DNA of 64,000 bases from the NCBI RefSeq assembly GCF_009834535.1, contig NC_045696.1:44022001-44086000 (forward strand), given 5' to 3'. Below, in pieces: positions 12,613 to 25,730 of the stretch (position 1 is its first letter; each line of letters begins with the position of its first letter). This DNA comes from Camelus ferus (Eukaryota). The notes under the pieces were generated by a model. It saw nothing but the letters and a program-made list of their open reading frames with translations. It made no database searches and was not told where the DNA came from. The position numbers and the translations under genes were made by a program.

Positions 12613-13497
12613 TTAGAGTAGACCTGTCAATATTTCTTTTAGCATGGGTTTAGTGTTGCTAAACTCTCAGTTTTTGCTTGTCTGTGAAGTTCTTTATCTC
12701 TCCTTCAATTCTAAAGGATAGCCTTGCTGGATAGAGTATCCTAGACTGCACCTTTTTTTCATTCAGGACTTTGACTATATCTTGCCACTCCCTTCTGGCC
12801 TGTAGTGTTTGTGTAGAGAAGTCAGCTGAGAGCCTTATGGGGGTTCCCTTGTAACTCACTCTTTGCTTTTGTCTTTCTGCCTTTAGGATTATTTCTTTAT
12901 CCTTGACTCTGGCCATCTTGATTATGATATGTCTTGGTGTGGGTCTGTTTGGGTTCTTCCTGTTTGGGACCTTCTGAGCCTCCTGTACTTGGATATCTGA
13001 TTCCTTCTTTAGGTTTGGGAATTTTTCAGTCATGATTTATTCCCCTTTGTTATTTCTTCCCCTTCTGGAACCCTTATTATGAGTAGATTGGCATGCTTTA
13101 TATTTTCCCTTATAGGCCCCTTATATGGTTTTCATTGTTTTTTATTTGTTTTTCTCTCAGCTGTTCTGATTGGGTGCTTTCTGTTGTCCTGTCTTCTAGG
13201 TCACTTATTTGTTCCTCTGCATTATCTAGCCTGCTTTGTACAGCCTTTAGATCAGCTCTCATTTCAGCCAATGAGTTTACCAGTTATACTTGGCTCTTCT
13301 TTATAGCTTCAATTCCATTTTTGACATATTTTATAACTCTGAACACTATCTCTTTTAGTTCCTTCAGTACTTTGATCACTCCTTTTTTGAAATCTTGATC
13401 TAGTAGGCCATCAACATCTATTTCATTGATCATTCTTTCAGGGGATTTCTCTTACTCTTAATTGGGAGTGGTTCCTCTGCTTCTGCATATTGCTCAT
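12613..13497 (-). pseudogene. L1 ORF1p (RNA-binding protein), disrupted
   Basis: Track ORF 12659-13033 has the ORF1p motifs FPNL, RPTPRHIIIK, PIRLSADFS, ARREW and ILYPARLSF. My translation ends ...KPMLKEILTGLL* at 12613 and starts MSNMQKQRNHSQL near 13497, with frameshifts and stops between. Confidence 0.9.
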
Positions 13498-13634
13498 ATC
13501 TCTCTGGCACTGTGGCTTATGGAGTATCAGTTATCTATTGTGGTCCTTAAGGAATTTATTTATCTATCTAAAGCCTATGTTGGAATAAAACTTAAAAAAG
13601 AGAGAGAGAGAATTTTAAAAGGAGAAAAAATAGG

Positions 13635-14161
13635 TTTGGAAACAGTGTATAATCAATAAGAGGAGATCAAAACCAAGAGAAATAAAAACGTAATGAGGTG
13701 GATTTTTAAAAATAATAATAATAAAAATATTTTAAAAGAAAATTTTAAAGGGATTAAAACTGGAGACATATATAATTGTTTAAAAAGTAAAATTTTAAAA
13801 GGTAATAGAAAGTAGAACAGATTTTTTTAAAAAGATAAAACAAGAGAATTTAAAAGAAGGGAAAAAAAGATTTGAAAACAGTATATAATCAATAATAGAA
13901 GAGCAAGTTGATGCAGAATAGCAATCGAGTTAAGACGTCTTTAAAAACCTTAAGAAAAGGAGAAAAAAATAAAAAAAAATTTGAAACCTGTGTATAATCA
14001 ATAATAGTAGATCAAAACTAAGAGAAATAAAAATGTGAGGTGGATTTTTTAAAATAATAATAAAAATATTTTAAAAGAAAAATTTTAAAGGGATTAAAAC
14101 TGTAGACATATACAGTTGTTTAAAAAGTAAAATTTTAAAAGTTAATAGAAAATAGAACAGA
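13635..14161. repeat. Imperfect direct repeat (~185 bp x2 plus a partial third copy) in the A/T-rich part of the L1 5'UTR
   Basis: GTGTATAATCAATAA...GAGGTGGATTTTT...AAAGGGATTAAAACTG...AGAACAGA occurs at ~13635-13821 and ~13980-14161, with a partial copy at ~13870-13900. Confidence 0.9.
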
Positions 14162-14199
14162 TAAATAAAGATTTTTAAAAAAATGAGATGTGTTCTCCT

Positions 14200-15384
14200 G
14201 GAGACTGTGCACTCTTAATGATTTTATCGAGAAGTCTGTCTTCGCCCTGTTTTGCGAACTCAGCTTGCTGCTTCCAGAGGTCCTCTGTTGGCGCCCCACA
14301 TCTGTGCTGCTCCCAGTGCCAGTTGGCAGGCAGATCGCGCCCACTCCCAACACTGGGTCAGGTGTTGGGCTCTTTCATCGTGGGCAGCTGGGTCACTCCC
14401 CCTCTCCCGGTGCCACCAGCCCTCTCCCAGTGCCAGTTGCTCCACTCCTCTGTGCAGCTGCCCACTCTGCCTCGGGTCCGTGCTCCATAGGTGGGCTCAG
14501 GGAAGACCACGGAACAGCCTGCTCCACGCCAAAACTCAGCTCCTTATTTGTCTTGGAGGCGCGAGTTCTCTGAGGTACCAGGGTAGAAAGCTCTTATCTG
14601 CCTCAGGCTGTAGACAAATCTCAGTCCTGCCTAGCAGGTTGCGGAGCCCCCAAGAGTGGATTCAGGTCTCAGCCCTGCCCTTGCCCAGGTGCTGCGCACT
14701 GGAGGATAGGGCAGCTGTGGCTGCCCCCTGCCTCTCTTCTCCTGAAAGGCACCATTAGCCTCGGGTCTGAGGAGACAAAGGCTACGGCACCCCTCACGCC
14801 AGGGCACACCGTCAGTGTTGCTTTGCTTTTTTTTCCCCTTAATTTATGGTGGCCCAGGTTGTTCTACTCTGTATCCCCTCCCAGCCACTGCATGCAGCAC
14901 CCTGCAGTCCCCTGGGGCTGTGTCAGTGCCGCTGCCCCAGTCCTCTGCCCGGCTTGGGCCACTTTTCCCGTCCCCTAGCTGCTGGCTCGCATCTTGGGCT
15001 GGGTGTCACAGGGACCCTTTGTGCATGTTCAACTTGGTTCTGTCAGTCAAGGAGTGCTCCGGGCAGGTCTGAGCCTCGGAGGCTTCCCCTCCGTCCCGCT
15101 GGCCTCTCCGTTGGAGAAGGGGAGGTTCAACGAACGAGCACTTGTCCTCCTTTGTGCTCCCTCCCTCCAGGAGCGGTCCTGCACTGTTTTGCTTTTTCTT
15201 CTTTCTTTTTTCCTTTTCTTCTACCAGATTCATGGCATCTTTGTCTTTTGAAGAGGGCAGTGTTCTGTTGGAGTTCAGCAGGTGCTCTGGTTGGCTGGGT
15301 GGGTCTATGGATGTGAGTTTTGGTGTATTTGTGGGAGAGGATAAGCTACCAGCATCCTTCTACTCTGCCATCTTGGCCCCTTCC
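14200..15384 (-). promoter_or_regulatory. L1 5'UTR internal Pol II promoter with YY1-type motif
   Basis: This is the only long GC-rich, CpG-retaining stretch in the window. It carries CAAGATGGC near the element 5' end (+ strand GCCATCTTG at 15367-15375), the motif bound by YY1 in mammalian L1 promoters. Confidence 0.75.
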
Positions 15385-15401
15385 AATGAATCCTGAATTT
15401 T

Positions 15402-16270
15402 AAAATGAAGAGTTTTAAAGGCAGTGGCATATGTGGTAGTCATTGGTTCTGTAGAAGTTCAGAATAGGAAAGGAAAAGTAATGGGGTACAGTGATTAGAG
15501 AAGGTTATAGAAAACTTTGAATGTGAATTAAGTCTTGAAGAATGAATTGTATTAGAACTGAAGTAGAAAAGATGCAGTTCAGGGAAGACGGCAACTTAGA
15601 AGTTAGAAGAAATGTGTGTAAAGTTGGGAATACTTCCATAAACTTGCACATTTTAAGAGAGGGAGAAAATACAATCATTTGTTAGAGTGTGATTAGACTA
15701 TGAAGAACCCCAAAGACCACATGGATAACTTCAAACATGATAGAAAAAATAAAGGAGACATTGGAGGTTTTTGAGTAGAAAATTCCCTTAGTGAAAGAAG
15801 TAGGATAATATGGTATCAGAGTGTCAAAAAGATGAGTAATTACCATTTGAGTAAGCAGCTCTGAAGGTGATATAATTTTGTTTAAAAATTGCCAGATTTG
15901 AGTACCTAAAACTACAATGAAGGCAGATGTACCAAAGATTAAAAATACTTCCCCAAACTTCTTTACAGCCATAATGACTGATCAGAATTAGAGGACAGAA
16001 ACCAAAAACAAACAAACAAAGAAACCGGAACATGGGCATGGCTCTAAAACTGTGAACAAAGATGCCCTGGAAAATGTTGATAGAGACTGGGAAAATATAA
16101 GAAGTTACTAGAAGGAACAGAGTGGGGAGATATGTTGGTGAGTTCAAATTTGGAAATAGCAAGTTCACTATGACATTGGAGATTCAAGTAGAAAATGTCA
16201 TCCATTGGACTGGAATTCAGGAAGAGTGATACAGATATGAAATATAGTAAAGGCATATGGTTCCTGGGAT
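15402..16270 (-). mobile_element. Decayed L2 (pre-existing host of the full-length L1; left part ~7660-7740 and ~8020-8040)
   Basis: ACATAAGACATGTTCCTGCCTCAAGGAG left of the L1 is an antisense L2 motif, and purine-rich L2-like sequence resumes right of the TSD (GAGTTCAAATTTGGAAAT, GACATTGGAGATTCAAGTAGAAAATGTC). Confidence 0.55.
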
Positions 16271-16479
16271 TTATTCAAACCAAGTATTTCAACATATTTC
16301 CAGATAGTTCTTAGAACATTCAGAAGAGTATGGAAACCCAGTTAAGTATAATAAAAACCTATGAACATTGTGAAATTGTTTGCATTGTCATATTAAGTAA
16401 ATCATTTTTTAAATAATAGGTACTTTAAAAAATAACATAAACCCATTTTTCTTCTTTCTCTAATGTCTGTGTATAAACT

Positions 16480-17120
16480 AACTCACCACCATATATTCCT
16501 TCATAGCAAAATTTCTATTCTCAAAGATGACTTCTAGAATGTTTAGTCCTTTATATCTAACTCAAATATCCCAATTAAAAATGTCTCATTGGCACCTCAA
16601 ACTCAGTATTTCTTGAAGTTTACTCGTTTATATCCTCTTGTTCCTAGCTCCATATTCCTTTTATCATGAATGATACCATCAAATCAGAAATTTGAGAATC
16701 TTCTCCAATTCTTCCCTCTTTCTCTCACCTCACATCCAATTCATCATCTAGTCCAACTGACATTATTTATCATACATATGAGCCTATCTTTTATGCTTAT
16801 TCTGATTTTTTTTAACTGGTCTCACTAATTTCCCATTAGCTCCCCTTAATTCATTTTTCATGTTGCAAGTGTATGTTGATCTTTATATATCATGAAAGTG
16901 AATTACATAATATCCTTCCTGAAAACTCTTCAGTAATTTGCCTTACCCTATCAGGTTGCAATTTCTGGTTACCTTACCTGTATTTGTCTCTAGAGAGTAA
17001 AATCACAATACTAGGCCATACCTATCTGTCTTATTTCTAATATTTTCCCAAAACTAAACTTAGACTATAACACATATTTAATACTCAATAAATATATACT
17101 AAATAAGTGATTGAAGAAAT
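16480..17120 (+). mobile_element. Decayed L2
   Basis: GGCACCTCAAACTCAG and CTCACATCCAATTCATC, with an ACTCAATAAATAT...TGATTGAA terminus. Confidence 0.55.
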
Positions 17121-18136
17121 AATAAATGAAAAATTATTCAAATAAAAATGACTGAGTTAAAAAATAAAATATAAGCTGAAATCAGTGTAACTGTAAGAAA
17201 AGTATTAGACACAAAGTCCCAATATATTCTGACTGAACCAATGATATTTGTAATACATGAAGGAAAAGTATCAAACAATCTTCTTAAAAATATATATAAT
17301 GTTTCCTGTTTATTAAAACCAATTTTTCTTTTGTCTTTTAAAAATCTAAATAGAAAAATTTTATCAAGTAGTTTGGACTGAAAAAATAAAATATTAATGA
17401 ATCCATTTGGAGAATTGACACAGACAACTGTCATTTCACACTGATTATTTCATTATATTCCTTGGTTGGTATCTCCACAGAAGATTGGCATAAATATTTT
17501 TTCTAAAAACCTTCAAATGGAAGGTTTAGGTACATGGAACAGATATAGTGCTTTACACTATATAGAGACTCTTACACTTTTCAAGTTCTTGAACTCACTT
17601 TTTACAGTCCCTTAAAATGGTTATATCTGCTCAGGGAAGGTAATGCCGATAATCAAGTTTATTAGATGTCTATATAATTAAAGTTAATAGTCCTTGAGTG
17701 AGGTCTTGAGGGCCCTTCAATGAAGAAAGGGCATGAAATTTTAAAGCTTAGACTTCATAAAATTTCTTTTGGTTACTCAGGCAAGTTTTGTAACTTTCTT
17801 TTAGTTTTGGGGTAAATTTAAGGGTTCTCTTAATAAAAAAGAATGTCACTGTAAATATATGATACATATCTCATGAAAATTTCCCTTAAAATTCTCAGAT
17901 TATATCTAATGTGTATAGAAAATATGAAAGACTTTTAATATTTAAATTAATACCTAATACATGAAGAATGTTAAATTGAATATTGAGTAATATTATGAAT
18001 CCAAATACCTAAAATTTAAAAGTATAGTTTAGGACATGCCTTGAGTATTTAAAATTTTACTAAAATATATTTTAGTCCCATTTTGTAAAGTTAAGAATGA
18101 ATGAATTCTGACTATTTTATGCTGATTTAAAGTAGG

Positions 18137-20783
18137 TAGTATTGTCTGAAGTCTGAAAGGGTTATTCCTCCAGCTTCATTCTTTTTCTTCAATAATAGAT
18201 CTTGTGTGATTCCATATAAATTTTAGGATTATTTGTTCCAGTTCTGTGAAAAATGTTATAGCTAATTTGATAGGGATTGCATTAAATCTGTAGATTGTTT
18301 GGGGCAGTATGGCCACTTTAACAATATTGATTCTTCCAACCCAAGAGCATGGGGTATCTTTCCATTTTTTAAGTCATCTTTAATTTCTTTATCAATGGTT
18401 TATAGTTCTCCATATATAAAGCTTTCACCTCATTGATCAGATTTATTCCAAAATATTGTATTGTTTTGGATGCAATTTTAAAAGAGTTTTTTTTTTTTTT
18501 ACTTTCTTTTCCTGTTATTTCATTGTTAGTGTAAAGAAATACAATTGATTTCTGTACGTTAATCTTGTATCCTGTGACCTTGCTGAATTCTTTTATCAGC
18601 TCTAGTAGTTTTTGTGTGGAGCTTTTAGAGTTTTCTATATGTAGTATCATGTCATCCTCATATAGTGACAATTTTACTTCTTCTCTTCTAATTTGGATCC
18701 CTTTTATCTCTTTTTCTTGCCTGATTGCTGTGACTAGGACTTCCAAGACTATGGTGAATAGAAGTGGTGAGAGTGTGCATCCTTTTCTTGTTCCAGATTT
18801 TAGTGGAAAGGCTTTCAGTTTTTCACCATTGAGTATTATGCTGGCTGTGGGTTTGTCATAAATAGCTTTTTTTATGTTGAAATATGTTCCCTCTATATCC
18901 ACTTCAGTAAGAATTTTTATCATAAATGGGTGTTGAGTTTTATCAAATGCTTTTTCTGCATCTATTGAGGTGATCATGTGATTTTTGTCCTTTCTTTGGT
19001 TGATGTGGTGTATCACATTGCTTGATTTGCGTATATTGAATGATCCTTGTGTCTCCGGAATGAATCTAACTTTATCATGGTGTATGATCTTTTTTCATGT
19101 GCTGTTGGATTCTGTTTGCTAATATTTTGTTGAGGATTTTTGCATCTATGTTTATCAATGATATTGGCTTGTAATTTTCTTTTTTGGTAGTGTCTCTGTC
19201 TGGTTTTGATATGAGACAATACTACGGAACTACAGTAAGCAAAATAGAGCAGTATTGGCATAAAAACAGACATATGGATCAATGGAATAGAATAGAGCAC
19301 CCAGAATTAAACCCACAAACTTCTGGTCAATTAATCTTTGACAAAGGAGGCAAGAATACACAATGGAGTAAAGACAGTCTCTTCAGCAAATGGCATTGGG
19401 AAAACTGGACAGCTGCATGTAAATCAGTGAAGTTAGAATACACCCTCACACCATACACAAAAATAAACTCAAAATAGCTTAAAGACTTAAACATGAGACA
19501 AGACACTGTAAGCCTCTTAGAAGAAAACATAGGCAAACACTATCTGACATAAATCTTAGCAATGTTCTCCTAGGGCAGTCTACCCAGGCAATAGAAATAA
19601 AAGCAAAAATAAACAAATGGGTCCTAATTAAACTTATAAGCTTTTGTGCAGTAAAGGAAACCATAAGCAAAACAAAAAGACAACTTATGAAATAGGAGAA
19701 AATATTTGCGAAAGATGAGACTGACAAGGGCTTAACATCCAGAATATATAAATAGCTCATACAACTTAATAATAAAAAAAAATGAACAACCCAATCCAAA
19801 AATGGGCAGAAGACTTAAACAAGCAATTCTCCAATGAAGACATACAAATGGCCTATAAGCACATGAAAAAATGCTCAATATTGTTAATTATCAGAGAAAT
19901 TCAAATCAAAACTACAATGAGGCTGTCACCTCACATTAGTCAGAATGGCCATCATTAAAAAGTCTGCAAATGATAAATACTGGAGAGGCTGTGGAGAAAA
20001 GGGAACCCTTCTACACTGTTGGTGGGAATGTAGTTTGGTGCAGCCATTATTGAAATCAGTATGGAGATTCCTCAAAAGACTGAAAATGGACTTACCATAT
20101 GATCCAGCAATCCCACTCCTGGGGCTATATCCAGAGGGAACTCTTATTCGAAAATATGCATGCACCCCAATGTTCATAGCAGCACTATATACAATAGCCA
20201 AGACATGGAAACAACCTAAATATTCATTGACAGATGACTGGATAAAGAATTTGTGGTCTATTTATACAATGGAATACTACTCAGCCATAAAAAAGAATAA
20301 AATAATGCCATTTCAGCAACATAGATGGACCTAGAGATTGTCATTCTAAGTGGAGTAAGCCAGAAAGAGAAAGAAAAATACCATATGATATCACTCATAT
20401 GTGGAATCTAAAAAAAAGAAAAGAGAGGACACTAATGAACTCATCTATGAAACAGAAACAGACTCGCAGACATAGTAAACAGTCATATGGTTACCAGGGG
20501 AAAAGGGGTAGGAAGGGATAAATTTGGGAGTTTGAGATTTGCAAATGTTAGCCACTATATATAAAAATAGATTTAAAAGAACTAAATTTCTTCTGTATAG
20601 CACAGGGAACTATATTCAATATCTTGTAATAACCTTTAATGAAAAAGAATATGAAAATGAATATATGTATGTATATGCATGACTGGGACATTGTGCTGTA
20701 CACCAGAAATTGACACATTGTAACTGACTATACTTCAATTAAAAAAAAAAAAGGTTCAACCTGACCAAAAAAAGAAAAAAAAA
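18137..20783 (+). mobile_element. 5'-truncated, 5'-inverted LINE-1 (twin priming)
   Basis: 18137-~19213 is antisense ORF2 RT (track ORF 18369-19016 -). ~19214-20740 is sense ORF2 C-terminus plus 3'UTR (track ORF 19945-20334 +), followed by poly(A). TSD AAAGTAGG at 18129-18136 and 20784-20791. Confidence 0.92.
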
Positions 20784-22018
20784 AAAGTAGGATAGGATTT
20801 CTCATTCAAGTGTTGTTTCTCACTTCACTTGTGATTCACTTGTGAAATTCACTTGTGAAATTTCAAGCCCTATCCTCTGAGTTTTCCAGGAAGCATTAAC
20901 TTCAGACTTTTCAGCACCACTTCACACACATATCTTCCTCAGGAATGTGGCTAAATAACTATTACTCAATTAAAAAATGTAAAGAAAAATAAATTAATTT
21001 TTAAAAAAAAAATGTGGCTAGATTCTGGGAGATGCAGGTAGTACCAATTAATTACTTGAAGGAGTCTAAGTTATTATACTATCAGGATATGTCAATATAA
21101 CATAGTACTGCCGTACTCCTGGGCCATGTTTGAGCCAGTGAATAATACACACCATACTCTGAAGACCATAGACATCTCTACTTCATTCCTACCCTTGTTA
21201 TGGGAAATTCTATGAGGCTGTCTATGGTAATATCTGTCTAAATGCATTACATTTGACTACCAGAAAATTCTACATGAGGCAAGAATTACAGGTAATCCTA
21301 CACCATCTCTAACGCAGCATTCTCTCAGTTTCAGCAAGAGCTTACAAAATCGAAAGTCACAGAAATCAAACTTCTCTGTACTTTTTGCCATACAATATAC
21401 CTTCCTCTGGGCAAGAACACAGCACCCAGTCCTAATTATCTACCTGTATTGAAATAGGAAAAGGGGGTACCCTAGGTGGGGACTATGGATCATGGATGTC
21501 ATATATTGAGAGTATGGAGGAGCAGAATGAGTTGATATTCAGAAATGTTTTATCAAAATAAATCTGGGCTTATGTATAGTTTTAGATCAAGCATGTTCTT
21601 TCTGATTCAACACAATCCTCCAGACTCCTAATTTCTTAAACATAATTGTCCATCTATTTACTTGTTTGTCCTTGTAGTCCTTGTATTCTTGTAGACATTT
21701 GGGTCTGAAATGTTTGTTGTGACCTATCAGTAGAGAAAATAATATGTAAGGAACTCATACACGTAAGAGTTATTATGATCATATGTGGCTTCATCTATTT
21801 AGAAGCAGAATCTCTAAATCAGTGATTCTTAGCCATGGAGTTTTACCCCATCATAGCATATGAGAATCTCCAGAATTCATGTTTAGAAAGACATGCAGTA
21901 ATAAAACATTGCTGGGCTTAATGGGAATACCTCTACCATCACAATATCACATTTTATTTCCTTAAACTTCTCTTTGGAGAATTTCATAGGCTCAAAAAGT
22001 AATAGAAATGGTCTCTAT

Positions 22019-22071
22019 GTACCTACCTACCTACCTGCCTACTTACCTACCTACCAACCTATCTGTCTGTC
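22019..22071. repeat. (TACC)n/(TCTG)n simple repeat
   Basis: Read directly from the sequence. Confidence 0.85.
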
Positions 22072-22649
22072 TTTACATGGGAAGCATTAGATGACCTGAG
22101 ATAATATGTAAGTGTAATAGGTAGAAGGTTACTGAACAACAGCTGTGTACTAAAATGATTCTAGAAGATTAGAGTAGCTGAAATGAGTGGTCTGATTGTG
22201 GTGGAAAGAGTGATACTAACAAAAACTTCAGGCCTAAATATAAAAAATCCTGCTTACTCTTACACGTTTTTCTTTTAAATTACTTTCTGAAACTACAGGA
22301 AATAACGCCAGCTATGATACCTTACTCATTAGCAATACAGCCAAGTTGGCTTCTGACTGAAACTCAAAAATAAACTTTTCCTAGGCCAACTTCCCTGCAC
22401 ACACATCAAATATTACAGATTAATATTAATGAGGACAAGGGTTCTTTATGTGTTTGTTAATCCAGGGTGCCAAATGTGCCAAGTGTCTAGCACATAGTAT
22501 GCAATCAATAAATATTTGTTGAATGAATGTATATGTGTATTTTGTTGTGAACATATGGAATACTGTGAAATTGTAGGTAGGAATGCAGTTGTATAAAAAA
22601 TTGTAGTTACGTTTGTGTGCACATTTGTGCATGTGTGTCTATGAAGGAG

Positions 22650-24400
22650 CACACAGTTTTTATGTTTTAATTATATAAGTAAACTATGAAAGCATTTTTC
22701 TTTTATAAACATTGAAACATTATACGGTATATAAATTTGACTCTCATTCCTTGTGAGTAGTACCCACTGATATCACTTTGGTGTCATTACCTGCAGCCTT
22801 TCTACATACATTTAGAAACTTTGATATGTTCAAATACAATATTTATTGTAGATAGCATATCATACATACACTTTTGTAGGAGTTCAAGAAGTATTTGCTT
22901 TACATTAAATATAGCATAACATTTTTATTGACCTTCAACTTCCTTTTGCTCCCAACCATCTGTCCTAGAGATCTATCAGTGATGGTACATATATCTACTT
23001 TATTTAAAAAAAAATCCCATGGCATGCATATGCCATGTGTCGTCTTTAACTTTGTGTAGTCTTTCACTAACACAGATGCACATTGATGCCATGTCTAATA
23101 TTATGTCCTTGCAAAAGGTCAGAATAATTATTTAACTTTTACACAACATATGAATAAACTGATCTAGGAAAAGTTCTGAAATTTATTATTCTTACAGTCT
23201 GTGCATTTTCATTTTTGATTCTGCAAATTGTCCTCCAAAGAGGTTGCACCACTTTACTTTCCTACTATGTAAAATTAACAGTTTCTTCACTCTTGCTAAT
23301 TACTATTTTAATCAAAATTTAAATTAAATTTGTGCCAACATAAGAAGTTACCTTATTTCAATTCCTTAATTACCAGTAAGGTTAAACATTTGTTTAAATT
23401 ATTTAAAATGCATATCAACTATTTTAAATGATCTGTTAATAATCTATGTTCAATATTCTTTTTTTTTCTTGTGGATTTGTAGTTTCTTTTTAATAAAATA
23501 TTCCTCTAACCATTATATCTGTGTTAGATCTGTTAAAAGCATGTTCACCTAGTCTTTTTCTTTTAAGCTTATTTGTAGTCACTTAGAAGTAATACATTTT
23601 AACTTAAAGTTCATAAAAATTTTGTTTGTATCTTTTTTAATCTTATCGAATATGAACTTTCTTATTCTAAAAACATAGTATCTACATTATTATGTTAGTG
23701 TATATGTTATATGTACATAATATCTATAATATGCATACACATATATACACACATAATTGAGGATTAAATCCAAGAGAAATATTTCAATTATTTGTTGTTT
23801 TATTATTTTGTCCTGTTTGATGTATTTGATTTGATAATATTGTATTTGTGGTTTTTGCATTTATATTTGTAAGTGCAAAGGACTCTTTGTTTTTTACAAC
23901 TGTCCTTATCTAATTTGGGTACTGAAAACACAGTAGCCTTGGACAATAAATCACCTTCACTAATTCTTGTAGCAAATTGTATAATATGCAATTGATCTGC
24001 CCCGGTGGTTTGGTGAAATTTGACTTTAAAACTGTTCCTCTGTATTTTATTTGTTTAATTTATAAATGTTTGGCTGGGGACAATTTTTAAATATTGATTT
24101 AATTTCTTTAAATAATTTTATTCTCTTAAATTTTTATTTATTGTGGTAATTTGAAGACTTATGCAATTTAGTGAGTTTTCATATTTGTTGTTATAAAATG
24201 TTCATAGACTTCAATTGTGATTTTTAAATTAATAGTGTATCTACAGTTATATTCCTTTTTAAAAATCTTAATATCCCATACTCTGCTTTGTTGTGAACAT
24301 TAAACAATATTCCTGAAAGTTTACATTATACAGCTTTTCAAAGAGCCATCTCAGTTTTGTTCATCATAACTATTTTTTTCTATTTTAAAATTTCTGCTAA
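22650..24400 (-). mobile_element. Highly decayed ancient L1 (L1MC/ME-like)
   Basis: Degenerate L1 antisense motifs (CTCCAAAGAGGTTGCACCACTTTACTTTCC; TCCTTATCTAATTTGGGTA) in T-rich sequence. Confidence 0.55.
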
Positions 24401-25099
24401 ATATTTTAAATAAAATACATGAATGATAATTGTGCAATATAATTAATATGAAGGTAAATATGTCAATATTGTCATTTGGTCTGATTTTGCTTGCTATAGT
24501 AGGTAGTATACTGCTAACTGAATATTTCTAAATTAAAAATATATCATTTTTTTACAATTTTTTCCTTTCTCATTAAATTTGAAATCTTTGAAAGTAGGAA
24601 TTAAATAAATGCCTAGTGCTTAGCACAGTACCTGAACGTATTAAATTCTCAATATATTTCTTGAATGAAAAGGATGAATAACTTTAGTAAAGAAACTGTA
24701 TACATTTTACATAAAAAGCCCTTTCTTTGAAGTTTTCAACAAATTGGATTGTATCTCCATCTTATATAGGGTGAGTCATCCAAAATCTTACTTCGAACAT
24801 CTGTTATCAACAGCTTATATTAGCAGGGTCAATTGTAGCTTTGGATTTTTTTTTACTGATTAAATATCACTATTCATATTTCAGTCCCTCTATTGTCTTT
24901 GGCATAAAGCCAATAAAGCAGTGTTATGCAGCTTCTTTTTTGATTTTTTAATCCCCACCACAATAATTCACACAATTCATTTATGTTTGCAGCAGATTTT
25001 ACTGAAAATTTAGAGGTAATACAAGGCTTTACATGCAGCAACATTAACAGCTTTAAATAAATTAAAAGATAAACAAAGATAGTGAAATCCAACCCATAT

Positions 25100-25275
25100 G
25101 ACCTCTATTATGCATCCGCCTAAGCAATTCATATATTTTAGCTCATTTGATTCTTACAACAAACCCAGGAGGTAGATATGATTCCTTTTTTTTTTTTTTT
25201 TGCATGTAGAAACTGAAGCACACAAAGTTAAGGCAAAGGTCAACAGCTAACAATTGTGGTCCTGGAATATAAAAT
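25100..25275 (-). mobile_element. MIR SINE
   Basis: GCTCATTTGATTCTTACAACAAACCCAGGAGGTAGAT...GAAACTGAAGCAC...AAGGTCAACAGCTAA. Confidence 0.7.
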
Positions 25276-25730
25276 ATGCTTTTCATTAAAAGCTCTTTGA
25301 ATATGCCCTTTGATTTTATACCACATAGAATTTTTCACTGGTTGACTTTCCTCAAAGTGGCAGCCTCCTGCTATGTTTTGTTACCCACTCTCTGTTACTC
25401 TCCAACCACCTGTCTAGTCTTTTCTCTCATCTTTGTACATTTCTGTTGATTAATTAGAGAACTTAGATATCTCTTTTTTTTCCTATCTCCTTCCAAACAT
25501 CAGAGATTAAGTCTACACTCAACAGTAACTTTAAATTTATTTTCTATACAAAATGGCCCTGCACATGAGGAATTCAAGCATTAGCTGTGAAAATAATAAT
25601 ATTTTTCCTTCACCTACAAGATGTGGATGTAACTCACATTGCTTTATTTGGGATCTGGTTAGATATATTGCTTTACTTTAGCACAATGTAGCTTCCTGAA
25701 AAACTTTTTTTTTTCCTTTAACTTCCTAAG

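Larger units (their letters stand above)
8058..15384 (-). mobile_element. Full-length LINE-1 retrotransposon (inactive)
   Basis: On the minus strand it has a GC-rich 5'UTR beginning GGAAGGGGCCAAGATGGC, then ORF1, a spacer, ORF2 (EN/RT/Cys), a 3'UTR and an A-rich tail (T-rich on + at 8058-8090). TSDs are AAGGAGTCCTGAATTTT (8041-8057) and AATGAATCCTGAATTTT (15385-15401), followed by AAAAT, which gives a TTTT/AA endonuclease site. Confidence 0.96.

Noticed and set aside
9138..13398. Plus-strand hydrophobic ORFs
   Set aside because: Antisense frames of L1 ORF1/ORF2, a common artefact.
13635..14161. Spaced direct repeats as a CRISPR-like array
   Set aside because: Only 2-3 long degenerate copies inside an L1 UTR, with no fixed-length repeat-spacer structure or cas genes.
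14135..15396. Many overlapping ORFs on both strands (possible L1 ORF0-like antisense ORF)
   Set aside because: Stop-poor GC-rich L1 5'UTR explains them; no recognisable motif, most lack a true ATG, and there is no evidence for an ORF0 analogue.
24993..25015. 20/23-bp candidate exon (CAGCAG acceptor, GAG|GTAATA)
   Set aside because: Modest splice signals, and it has a stop in the phase required by its neighbours; left unlisted though not excluded.
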